Shown here: positions 1 to 10,021 of the stretch, in pieces
How the letters are laid out: the number at the start of each line of letters is the position of its first letter
Numbering within the stretch: position 1 is the first letter of the stretch
Assembly (NCBI RefSeq): GCF_963921235.1
Contig: NC_086109.1
Coordinates: forward strand, 18,292,001 to 18,356,000
Direction of reading: 5' to 3'
Length of the DNA: 64,000 bases
DNA from: Mobula hypostoma
Taxonomy: Eukaryota
Notes under the pieces: generated by a model
What the model was told of the DNA's origin: nothing
Database searches by the model: none
The model's input: the letters and a program-made list of their open reading frames with translations, nothing else
Program-made: the position numbers and the translations under genes

Positions 1-375
1 AACAATTGATACCAGAGCGTACAATCATCACAGCGATATTTGATTCTGCTCTTCGTGCTCCCTGGAGTACAAATCGATAGTAAATATTAAAAATTTGAAT
101 TATAAATCATAAATAGAAAAGGGAAAGTAAGGTAGTGCAAAAAAACTGAGAGGCAGGTCCGGATATTTGGAGGGTACGGCCCAGATCTGGGTCAGGATCC
201 GTTCAGCAGTCTTAACACAGTTGGAAAGAAGCTGCTCCCAAATCTGGCCATATGAGTCTTCAAGCTCCTGAGCCTTCTCCCGGAGGGAAGAGGGACAACA
301 AGTGTGTTGGCTGGGTGGGTCGTGTCCTTGATTAAAGTGTAGACAGAGTCTATGGATGGGAGACTGGCTTGTATG
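1..375 (-). mobile_element. Degenerate 3' fragment of a Rex/Babar-type LINE
   Basis: Segment 195-370 (gttcagcagtct...ggaaagaagctgctcccaaatctgg...) resembles the 3' end of the better-preserved Rex-like copy at 49215-49450. Runs off the window start. Confidence 0.55.
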
Positions 376-617
376 ATAGTCTCTTTACTGAAGGGGTTTA
401 TTGGTATTGGTTTATTAATACTACTGGTTTATTATTGTCACATGTACCAATTTACAGTGAGAAGCTGGTTTTGCACAGTGCTCATACAGATCAAATAATT
501 ACACAGTATATTGAGGAGAATAAAGTTAAGCAATCAAATAACGATGCAGAATGAAGTACAGTGCTGGTAAATGATGTGGAAGATCACAATGAAGTACTCT
601 CAGTGAGTAGAACTCAG

Positions 618-1050
618 TGTGGTCTTCTGCTGCTGTGGCCCATTCACTTCAAGGTTCGACGTGCTGTGCGTTCAGAGATGCTCTTCTGAACACCACTGTT
701 GTAAAGTGTGGTTAATTGATTTACTGTCACCTTTCTGTCAGATTTAACCAGTCTGGCCATTCTCCTCTGACCTCTCATTAACAAAGCATTTTTGCCCAGA
801 ACTTCCGCTCACTGGATTTTTTTTTTTTTTTTTGGTTTTTCAGACCATTCACTGTAAACTCTGGAGACTGAAAATCAATGAGGTCAACAGTTTCTGAGAC
901 CCTCAAACCACCCCATCTGGTATCATCAATCATTCCACAGTCAAAGTCCCATAGATCACATTTCTTTCCCATTCTGATGTTTGGTCTGAACAATAACTGA
1001 ACCTCTTGACCATGTCTGCATGCTTTTATGCATTGAGTTACTGCCATGTG
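618..1050 (-). mobile_element. Tc1/mariner transposon remnant (transposase N-terminus)
   Basis: ORF 778..1062(-) contains MGKKCDLWDFDCGMIDDTRWGGLRVSETVDL, a Tc1 N-terminal HTH-like segment. The DNA is the reverse complement of the copy at 58130-58560. Confidence 0.75.
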
Positions 1051-1996
1051 AAGTATAGGCATTGTTTTAACATATTGTAGCTATTTTGAATTGTAGAAGT
1101 ATACTGCCTATTATCACCATTTCAAGCGGTGGATTGCCCTCCAACTAAGTAGAAAATATTTCCAGCTAACAAAGCAGATTAATAACAGTTATTATTTTAA
1201 AATTTTTGTTGTCTTGTTTCTTTAAGCAGATATTATTCTGAGGAGTAAACTTTTTATGGAGGTTATAAATCTACAAAGGATTTCCAAAATACAAGTGCAA
1301 TACTTACAAACTAGAAAAACATACTGACGAAGTTTAGACCAAGTCATCTGTCACAGAAAAAATGCTTTGGAAGGCGATCACTCTTGGGTGAGACTGAGGA
1401 TTCTGCATCTTCTCTGTGATTCCTAAAAGAGAATGTCTGGGATGGAGGGATCCTTGATTATGTTGGCTACTTTCCTGAGGCAGCAGGAAATACAGACAGT
1501 CAGTAGAGGGGAGACTTGTTTGCATGATCATAACTTGGCTGTTGGCTGTGTTCACAACCCTGTGCAATTTCTTGCGGTCTTGGTCAGAGTAGTTGACATA
1601 ACCAAGAGAGGAAACAAGTCAACTCAATCCTGAAGTACTCTCTGAGAAGGAGAAGCAGCTATGGTTGACCTCACTCATGGTTCACATAATATTTTATCTA
1701 TAACTTCTGAACAATTTCATCCTAAGCAACATTTGCCTATAGTGTGCTAAAATGTATTCAAGTATAGACTGTGACTTGTATGAATTATTAAATTACAAAT
1801 TTTACATATATCTGACTCTCATTTTTTTTTGAATGACTGAAGTCAGCAATAAGTGTATTTGCTGGTGGAATGTTTATTTAACAGCCCCTTTGTTTGGTGG
1901 GGAAGGCAGAGGAGAGCCTTGCTTTGCCCAGTCAGCAGTTATAGTTCGTCCCTTGTCATACCTGTATTAATCAGGATTTACAATTGTCTTCTCCAG

Positions 1997-2195
1997 GTTC
2001 TCCTGTTCGCTGAGTGCGCTGTTTGTCTCCACTCTGCTGATATCAGCTGTCTTCTCCATCATCCCCTTCTGCAGCAATGTAATCATCCTTGCCTTTGTCC
2101 TGGCAGTGGCCGGGTTGGCCATGGGCTGCATAGACACCATTGCTAACCTGCAACTGGTCCGGATCTACCAGAAGGATTCGCCTATCTTCCTACAG
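1997..2195 (+). CDS. MFSD4A: MFSD4A-like MFS transporter, first exon in window (exon 2 equivalent)
   Basis: ttctccAG acceptor at 1995-1996, GT donor at 2196. Reads FSCSLSALFVSTLLISAVFSIIPFCSNVIILAFVLAVAGLAMGCIDTIANLQLVRIYQKDSPIFLQ, matching the recalled MFSD4A motif AGLAMGCIDTxANxQLVRxYQKDS. Confidence 0.93.
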
Positions 2196-2229
2196 GTTGG
2201 CAGACATGTTAAGATGTGTTTTTGATTCT

Positions 2230-3310
2230 ATATTGGCCTTCATTGTAAATGGTTTAGTGTCCAGGAGCACGATGTCTTACTAGAATTATACAGGGCCTGA
2301 TGAAACCATAACTGACATACTGTATAGGCACCAGAGACTGCTGATGTTGTGCTCTGGAGGAACTTGGTGGGTCAAGCAACATTCATAGGCCCTTTATTTG
2401 GACTGAAAGAAAGAGTAAATTGCTAGTGTAAAAAGGAGAAGGTAAATTCCTCCAGTGCTTTGTGTAGTAGTCAAGTACGATGTTCTTCTAAGGGATTGTC
2501 TCTTGCTGGGTCCACAGATGACAGTAGATTCCTGGGATTGTATGAGGAGAGGCTGGCTCATCAAGGCCTGTATTTACCCAAGGTTTGGAAAAACAAGAGA
2601 GCTCATTAAAAGGTTCAAAAACCTTTCAGGGCTTTAGGAGTCCTGAACCAGGAATCACTGTGTTAGGAAGTTGGGGAGGACACTTGGGAATGAGATGTGG
2701 ATAAAACTTCTTCATCAACATAGAACACAGAACATTACAACACAGTTACCGACCCTTCGGTACACAGTGTTGTGCTGAGATGTAACCTACTCTAAGATCA
2801 ATCTAACCCTCCCTTCCTACATAGCTGTCCATTTTTGTGACATCAATGCGCCTATCTAAGAGTTCCTTTAAACTAATTCTTAAATTGTTCATGGTGAGTC
2901 TGGGGTATTCTCATATCTTAGACTGGAAACTATGGCTAAGTACATTCAGAAAGTTAGATAGGTTTCTATACACCAAAGGCATCAAGGGGATATGATGGCA
3001 GAGCAGGGGTTAGGAGGGATTCAGCAACAGCATAGAACACTACAGCACAGTATAGGCCCTTCAGCCCACAATGTTGTGCTGACCCTTAAACCTTGCCTCC
3101 CATGTAACCCCCACCTTAAATTCTTCCATATACCTGTCTGGTAGTCTCTTAAGTTTCAGTAGTGTATCTGCCTCCACCGCTGACTCAGGCAGTGCATTCC
3201 ACGCACCAACCACTCTGAGTTTTTGGAAAGAAAAAAGGATCAGTTATGATCATACTGAATACTGGAGCAGAGCAAGTTTGAGGGGCCAAATGGCCCATGC
3301 TTCCTCCTGT
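2230..3310. mobile_element. Old + strand CR1 3' fragment interrupted by two - strand CR1 3'-end fragments (~2719-2870, ~3031-3220)
   Basis: The catagaac tail and 3' UTR at 3031-3220 closely match 54001-54200. Flanking DNA resembles decayed CR1 RT C-terminus and 3' UTR. Confidence 0.6.
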
Positions 3311-3469
3311 TTTTTTTCTACATGCCATTCACTTCCAGTCGGAGCTGCAGAAAATGAATAGCTGGATATCAGACAATAAGTATACAGGAAGAGGGACTGG
3401 TTAGTCCATCAAAATTTCTCTATTATTTCATTGACTTTCTACCACTTTCCCAGTCACATGCAATAACTC

Positions 3470-3568
3470 GGCACGGAGTGTAGTGGCTAGCACAACACTT
3501 CACAGTCTAGGCGATCCGGTTTCAATTCCCGCCACTACCTTTAAGGAGTTCGTATGTTCTCCCCATGA
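3470..3568 (+). mobile_element. tRNA-derived V-domain SINE, 5' half (split by CR1 insertion)
   Basis: A-box-like ggcacggagtgtagtggctagc, B-box-like ggtttcaattccc, then aaggagttcgtatgttctccccatgac. The SINE continues at 11412. Confidence 0.75.
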
Positions 3569-5174
3569 CATAGAAACATAGAAAATAGGTGCAGGAGTAG
3601 GCCATTCGGCCCTTCGAGCCTGCACCGCCATTTATTATGATCATGGCTGATCATCCAACTCAGAACCCCGCCCCAGCCTTCCCTCCATACCCCCTGATCC
3701 CCGTAGCCACAAGGGCCATATCTAACTCCCTCTTAAATATAGCCAATGAACTGGCCTCAACTGTTTCCTGTGGCAGAGAATTCCACAGATTCACCACTCT
3801 CTGTGTGAAGAAGTTTTTCCTAATCTCGGTCCTAAAAGGCTTCCCCTTTATCCTCAAACTGTGGCCCCTTGTTCTGGACTTCCCCCAACATCGGGAACAA
3901 TCTTCCTGCATCTAGCCTGTCCAATCACTTTAGGATTTTATATGTTTCAATCAGATCCCCCCTCAATCTTCTAAATTCCAACGAGTACAATCCCAGTTCA
4001 TCCAGTCTTTCTTCATATGAAAGTCCTGCCATCCCAGGAATCAAACTGGTGAACCTTCTTTGTACTCCCTCTATGGCAAGGCTGTCTTTCCTCAGATTAG
4101 GGGACCAAAACTGCGCACAGTACTCCAGGTGTGGTCTCACCAAGGCCTTGTACAACTGCAGTAGTACCTCCCTGCTCCTGTACTCGAATCCTCTTGCTAT
4201 ACATGCCAGCATACCATTCGCCTTTTTCACGGCCTGCTGTACCTGCATGCCCACTTTCAATGACTGGTGTATAATGACACCCAGGTCTCGTTGCACCTCC
4301 CCTTTTCCTAATCGGCCACCATTCAGATAATAATCTGTTTTCCTATTTTTGCCACCAAAGTGGATAACTTCACATTTATCCACATTAAATTGCATCTGCC
4401 ATGAATTTGCCCACTCACCCAACCTATCCAAGTCACTCTGCATCCTCTTAGCATCCTCCTCACAGCTAACAATGCCACCCAGCTTCGTGTCATCCGCAAA
4501 CTTGGAGATGCTGCATTTAATTCCCTCATCCAAGTCATTAATATATATTGTAAACAACTGGGGTCCCAGCACTGAGCCTTGCGGTACCCCACTAGTCACC
4601 GCCTGACATTCTGAAAAGGTCCCGTTTATTCCCACTCTTCCTGTCTGCTAACCAATTCTCCATCCACATCAATACCTTACCCCCAATACCGTGTGCTTTA
4701 AGTTTGCACACTAATCTCCTGTGTGGGACCTTGTCAAAAGCCTTTTGAAAATCCAAATATACCACATCCACTGGTTCTCCCCATCCACTCTACTAGTTAC
4801 ATCCTCAAAAAATTCTATGAGATTCGTCAGACATGATTTTCCTTTCACAAATCCATGCTGACTTTGTCCGATGATTTCACCGCTTTCCAAATGTGCTGTT
4901 ATCACATCTTTGATAACTGACTCCAGCAGTTTCCCCACCACCGACGTTAGGCTAACCGGTCTATAATTCCCCGGTTTCTCTCTCCCTCCTTTTTTTAAAA
5001 TGTGGGGTTACATTAGCCACCCTCCAATCCTCAGGCTCTAGTCCAGAATCTAATGAGTTTTGAAAAATTATCACTAATGCATCCACTATTTCTTGGGCTA
5101 CATCCTTAAGCACTCTGGGATGCAGACCATCTGGCCCTGGGGATTTATCTGCCTTCAATTTACCACTTCCCTAC

Positions 5175-6015
5175 TGTTACGTACCCCGTAACTGGGTTGC
5201 CAAACCAGCAGAAATGGATCACTCAGTTGGAGTCTGGAGTACTAGAACTAAGAAAGTTTTATTACAGAAACAAGCAACACAGTAATCGAAAGGATAATAA
5301 ATGCAACAGTTCAGTGATGATAAACACACATGTGCACAGAATTAAGATAACAGCATCAATCAAGCTCTATCGTTGTCTAGGGGTGAATGACCAATTTCAA
5401 AATGACTCAAAGTTCAGTTCGCAGTAACCGTTGCCATGGCGATGGACAAGGTGGGGAAGAGAGACATAGAATAGGAACAACTCATCATTCAGCACAGCTT
5501 CACTCACAGACCAGCGAGATGGCACACAAACAGCATTTGGGCGGGTCCTTGGTGATGTCACCTGAGGTCACCGACTGTGACCCCTCCTCCAGATGCGGTC
5601 GATCCTCTGCAGTGAACCCGGCACCCAGGCAAGGGCGGACACACACCGGGCTCCCGCTGATCGTACCTTTCCACCCTTGTCGTTGTCTGGGACTTCTCAC
5701 CCACTCGTGAGAAGCGCACCGCTTCCAGGGTCTCGTTACCTCGGGTGGCGTGTGTGTCTGTCTTAGCGAACCTGTCCCTTTTTATCCCCCTGCTGGGGTA
5801 TCGCCTGTCCATCACTTCAAACAGTTCAGGGTTCAAAGGGGGGAGCCGCTCCAGACAGCTCTTCCTCCCACATCCCTTCATTACACATCTCCAGACGCTG
5901 CTCCATTGTTCCTTATCTCTCCTTCCCCGGAGGGCAGGTGGCAGACCAACTGCTGATGCCACTGATGCTAGCCCAGGCCAGCAAACATCTTAATTTTATG
6001 TGTATTCTCGTAACA
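5175..6015 (-). repeat. 3' LTR (841 bp)
   Basis: Direct repeat of 9181-10021 with three substitutions seen by eye; 7-bp terminal inverted repeats. Confidence 0.96.
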
Positions 6016-6027
6016 CTTCCCCCCTTT
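6016..6027 (-). promoter_or_regulatory. Polypurine tract
   Basis: Minus strand reads AAAGGGGGGAAG immediately before the TG of the 3' LTR. Confidence 0.88.
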
Positions 6028-6187
6028 AAGGATTTTTACCGGGAGGTAAAAATTACAAACATGACTACATTATCTGATACATACACAATATACATCTTTA
6101 ACAGTTATTTAGCTAATACAGAGAATTTGAAATTGTCAACACCTTGACAGACAGTCATCACATTTTCTGTTCCTTTTACACGTGTTA

Positions 6188-9082
6188 TTAATAATCCCTT
6201 AGACCAGGCTCCAACTCAGCAAACTTCATAGTGGCCAAAAACACTGATGAATTGCGACCAATGTAACCTCTCATTTGGTTTTGTCCCGGACCACAACAAC
6301 AAGGGTCGTCCCATTCCGACTCAATTTTCCCTCGCAAGGGCTTAGTAGGAGGGGGACGGGTATTGACCGCAGAGTTATTGCAAAACTTCCTGCAGTACCC
6401 CACCATCTCCAAAAGCCTTCTGAGGGCCCTCTTGTCTGTCGGGGTTGGGAGGTCAGCGATAGCCTGCACTGTAGCTTGCATCACTGCCAGCTGCCCCTGT
6501 GTCACCACAATTCCCAGGTAAGTGACATTCGTGTGGCCGAATTCATTTTTTCCAAGGTTCACTATCAAGCTGGCTTCAGACAGCCGTGTTAAATTGCCAA
6601 TACACACCTCTGTGTTCATCAGCCCTTTAGTCACTGAATTACTCAAAAAATATGGGTGTTGTTTACTTGGCCGCCCTATTGTAACAGACATAACCCAACG
6701 TCCCAGTTCTTTGCATTTCCTCGGGACAATCAAACACATGGGTGCGAGTCGTTTAATTACTCCTTCGGGGATTAAGGGAGAGACCTTATCAGTAGACCTG
6801 GCCAAAACAATAGCCTTCTCCCATCTGACCGATCCCATCCTAATCTTTTCAAAATGGTTTTTTCCTCTTAGCAGGGGGCCCCTAGCTTCATTGATTTCCA
6901 CGCTAACACCGACTAGGTTTGTTAGCATATCAAAAGCCGGTGACCGTCTCAGTTCGCGTCGGTCATGATCAATAACATTTTTCCCCCTGGGCAGCCGGTA
7001 ACTCTCTTTCATGATTCCACCAACTGTTTCCTCCAGCACCGCAAAATGTCCACCGGGGGGTACCTCGTGGGCCATGTTAAAAACCTCATCCCCATAACTC
7101 TTTTGCACCACCCCCCACTCCTCATCTGCGGATGCTGTACTTGATTTCCCTTTCTTCCTTAGCACCTCCTCATCCGCACAATAGCTTGTCAAGGCTGTGT
7201 CAGAGAGAGCGGTCTCTGCCAAAACCATCAGCCCCTCGTCTCGCTCCTGCGTCTGCACAAATTCTTTCCTGGCTACTGCTACGTCCGTCCCAGCTCCCTC
7301 ACTACCTCTTATCTCACTACACCCTGTCTCATACAAGGTTGGCAGAAATGTTTCAGCCAAATTCACCATCGCGGGCGGGGCCTCCATGCTGGCAGGCTGA
7401 CCCGTCAATCTCACGACTGGGAACACGATTCCTCCGGCGATGTCATTACCGAGCAAGACTTCCACGTCTTTCATCGGTAATTCGGACCTCACCCCGATCG
7501 TGACTAGTCCAGAGACCAGGTTGCTCTGTAAATGTATCTGGTGCAAAGGGACTGACTCTGTCCCTTCCCCAACACCTTTGACCTCTACCTCCCCAGTCTG
7601 GGTCTCTGAGCTAAACTCTAATACACTCTTCAGTATCAGTGACTGACACGCTCCCGTGTCTCTCCAGATCCGCACTGGAACTGGTTTTAACCTCTCCTTC
7701 ACTGACACCAGTCCGGCCGAGATAAACCTCTCGCGCCCTTCCTGGACTTTTTCAGACCTGTCCTTCCCTAGCGGTTCGCTTAACAGCTCGATACAGCCAT
7801 TCAAAATTTCCGCTTTTCCTTTCCCCGTCTCCTTCCTTGGGGCAAAGCACCTGGACGCAAAGTGTCCGACTTTCCCACAATTATAACAGACGACCCCAGG
7901 AGACTTCCTACCAGACTGCTCCCGGTCTACCTTATCCTTTTCACTAGTCCCCGGCTTACTTTCTGACTTTTCCGGCGGACTCTCCCCGCCGTCCTGACTA
8001 CCCTTCTGGTAGCCTTTACTCGGGGCAACCTTCATTTTATGCGTCAACGCATACTCATCCGCTAACTTAGCAGTTGCGGCTAACGTGGCTGCCTCTTTCT
8101 CATCGAGGTAGGGTCTCATACCCTCAGGGACACAACCTTTAAACTGCTCAATCAGAATCAGTTGCAGCAGTCTGTCATAATCCCCCTCTACCCCTTTCGA
8201 GGCGCACCAACGCTCACAATATGTTTGCATCTCACGAGCAAACTCCAAATACGTGCGGTCCCACCGCTTCCTCGCATTCCGGAACCTCTGCCGGTATGCC
8301 TCCGGGACCAACTCATAAATCCTGAGGATGGCCTCCTTCACCACCTCATACTTCTGGGCATCTTCCGCGGATAAAGCGGAGTAAGCTTGTTGGGCTTTCC
8401 CTTTCAGTACACTCTGAAGTAAGACAACCCACTTATCCCTCGGCCAGTCCTGACTTATAGCTACTTTTTCGAAGTGGAGAAAGTACCGATCCACATCGGT
8501 ATCGTCAAAAGGGGGAACCAGCCTAACCTCCTGGGTCGCCCGGAACCCTCCACCTTGGTTCGGCACGAGCCCCTGCTCGGCCCTTATCTTTAACTTCTCC
8601 AGCTCAAATTCCCTTTCCCTCTGTTTCTCCTCTCTCTCCAACTGCCTGTCCCTCTCTCTCTCTTCTCTCTCCAACTGTATTTCTCTCTCTTGCCTTTCTA
8701 CCTCTTTCTCTCTCTCCCGCCTTTCTAACTCTCTCTCTTTCTCCCGCCTTTCTAACTCTCTCTCTTTCTCCTGCCTTTCTAACTGCTTCTCTTCGTGTTC
8801 TAACTGCCGTACCCGGAACTCGTGCTCGAGTCTCAGTTTTTCAAGCTGTACCTGTACCGCGTCTCCAGCAGGTTTTTCAATAGACACCTCCCCCAGCTCA
8901 CCTTGGGGAAACACACCTTTAGATACATAGTGCTCTACAATAGCTCTGTGTATCTCCTCTCTCCTCATTGTCGACTTCACCTTAGCAAGATTCACCCGTT
9001 TGGCCACAGCTATCAATTCCGATTTCCTGGCATCCTCTAATGCCTCCAAGGTCGGCGCCTTTATAAATTCCTCAACCTCCAT
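6188..9082 (-). CDS. Gag-protease polyprotein with degenerate integrase/RT remnants (964 aa)
   Basis: E/R/K coiled coil; capsid/SCAN-related region (VPPFDDTDVDRYFLHFEK...YRQRFR); zinc knuckle CYNCGKVGHFASRC (~7845-7888); protease RDTGA (7652-7660) and LLGNDI; integrase N-terminal HEVPPGGH (~7046-7072); RT thumb-like VNLGKNEFG..VTYLG..RALRRLLEMVGYCRKF. No YxDD motif and no integrase DDE core seen. Confidence 0.9.
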   Translation of the reverse strand: MEVEEFIKAPTLEALEDARKSELIAVAKRVNLAKVKSTMRREEIHRAIVEHYVSKGVFPQGELGEVSIEKPAGDAVQVQLEKLRLEHEFRVRQLEHEEKQLERQEKERELERREKERELERREREKEVERQEREIQLEREERERDRQLEREEKQREREFELEKLKIRAEQGLVPNQGGGFRATQEVRLVPPFDDTDVDRYFLHFEKVAISQDWPRDKWVVLLQSVLKGKAQQAYSALSAEDAQKYEVVKEAILRIYELVPEAYRQRFRNARKRWDRTYLEFAREMQTYCERWCASKGVEGDYDRLLQLILIEQFKGCVPEGMRPYLDEKEAATLAATAKLADEYALTHKMKVAPSKGYQKGSQDGGESPPEKSESKPGTSEKDKVDREQSGRKSPGVVCYNCGKVGHFASRCFAPRKETGKGKAEILNGCIELLSEPLGKDRSEKVQEGRERFISAGLVSVKERLKPVPVRIWRDTGACQSLILKSVLEFSSETQTGEVEVKGVGEGTESVPLHQIHLQSNLVSGLVTIGVRSELPMKDVEVLLGNDIAGGIVFPVVRLTGQPASMEAPPAMVNLAETFLPTLYETGCSEIRGSEGAGTDVAVARKEFVQTQERDEGLMVLAETALSDTALTSYCADEEVLRKKGKSSTASADEEWGVVQKSYGDEVFNMAHEVPPGGHFAVLEETVGGIMKESYRLPRGKNVIDHDRRELRRSPAFDMLTNLVGVSVEINEARGPLLRGKNHFEKIRMGSVRWEKAIVLARSTDKVSPLIPEGVIKRLAPMCLIVPRKCKELGRWVMSVTIGRPSKQHPYFLSNSVTKGLMNTEVCIGNLTRLSEASLIVNLGKNEFGHTNVTYLGIVVTQGQLAVMQATVQAIADLPTPTDKRALRRLLEMVGYCRKFCNNSAVNTRPPPTKPLRGKIESEWDDPCCCGPGQNQMRGYIGRNSSVFLATMKFAELEPGLRDY

Positions 9083-9158
9083 TTCTGCTGTTTGTCTTTT
9101 CTTTCTTTCGGGAATTTTAACCCAATCAATTTACTCCGTCCCAAATTTAGCGTTCAAA

Positions 9159-9176
9159 ATCCCGGACGAGCCCCCA
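9159..9176 (-). promoter_or_regulatory. Primer-binding site complementary to tRNA-Pro
   Basis: Minus strand TGGGGGCTCGTCCGGGAT, 4 nt downstream of the 5' LTR; identical to the canonical 18-nt tRNA-Pro PBS. Confidence 0.93.
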
Positions 9177-9180
9177 CTTA

Positions 9181-10021
9181 TGTTACGTACCCCGTAACTG
9201 GGTTGCCAAACCAGCAGAAATGGATCACTCAGTTGGAGTCTGGAGTACTAGAACTAAGAAAGTTTTATTACAGAAACAAGCAACACAGTAATCGAAAGGA
9301 TAATAAATGCAACAGTTCAGTGATGATAAACACACATGTGCACAGAATTAAGATAACAGCATCAATCAAGCTCTATCGTTGTCTAGGGGTGAATGACCAA
9401 TTTCAAAATGACTCAAAGTTCAGTTCGCAGTAACCGTTGCCATGGCGATGGACAAGGTGGGGAAGAGAGACATAGAATAGGAACAACTCATCATTCAGCA
9501 CAGCTTCACTCACAGACCAGCGAGATGGCACACAAACAGCATTTGGGCGGGTCCTTGGTGATGTCACCTGAGGTCACCGACTGTGACCCCTCCTCCAGAT
9601 GCGGTCGATCCTCTGCAGTGAACCCGGCACCCAGGCAAGGGCGGACACACACCGGGTTCCCGCTGATCGTACCTTTCCACCCTTGTCGTTGTCTGGGACT
9701 TCTCACCCACTCGTTAGAAGCGCACCGCTTCCAGGGTCTCGTTACCTCGGGTGGCGTGTGTGTCTGTCTTAGCGAACCTGTCCCTTTTTATCCCCCTGCT
9801 GGGGTATCGCCTGTCCATCACTTCAAACAGTTCAGGGTTCAAAGGGGGGAGCCGCTCCAGACAGCTCTTCCTCCCACATCCCTTCATTACACATCTCCAG
9901 ACGCTGCTCCATTGTTCCTTATCTCTCCTTCCCCTGAGGGCAGGTGGCAGACCAACTGCTGATGCCACTGATGCTAGCCCAGGCCAGCAAACATCTTAAT
10001 TTTATGTGTATTCTCGTAACA
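9181..10021 (-). repeat. 5' LTR (841 bp)
   Basis: Direct repeat of 5175-6015, adjacent to the PBS on the minus strand. Confidence 0.96.

Larger units (their letters stand above)
5175..10021 (-). mobile_element. Gypsy/Gmr1-type LTR retrotransposon, internally deleted (non-autonomous), recent insertion
   Basis: Two 841-bp LTRs with TGTTACG...CGTAACA termini; 4-bp TSD CTAC (5171-5174, 10022-10025); primer-binding site and polypurine tract correctly placed; one internal 964-aa ORF. Confidence 0.96.

Noticed and set aside
1853..2146. 97-aa ORF overlapping the first exon
   Set aside because: Different frame from the conserved MFSD4A exon.
6188..9082. Domesticated gag-derived host gene
   Set aside because: Flanked by near-identical LTRs, PBS, polypurine tract and TSD, so it is a recently mobile element, not an old co-opted gene.
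9152..9176. tRNA-Pro gene
   Set aside because: Only the 3' ~25 nt including CCA are present; this is a primer-binding site.
9393..9962. 189-aa + strand ORF in the 5' LTR
   Set aside because: The same frame has a stop in the other LTR (5708-5710) and there is no recognisable domain; likely a chance ORF in GC-rich LTR sequence.
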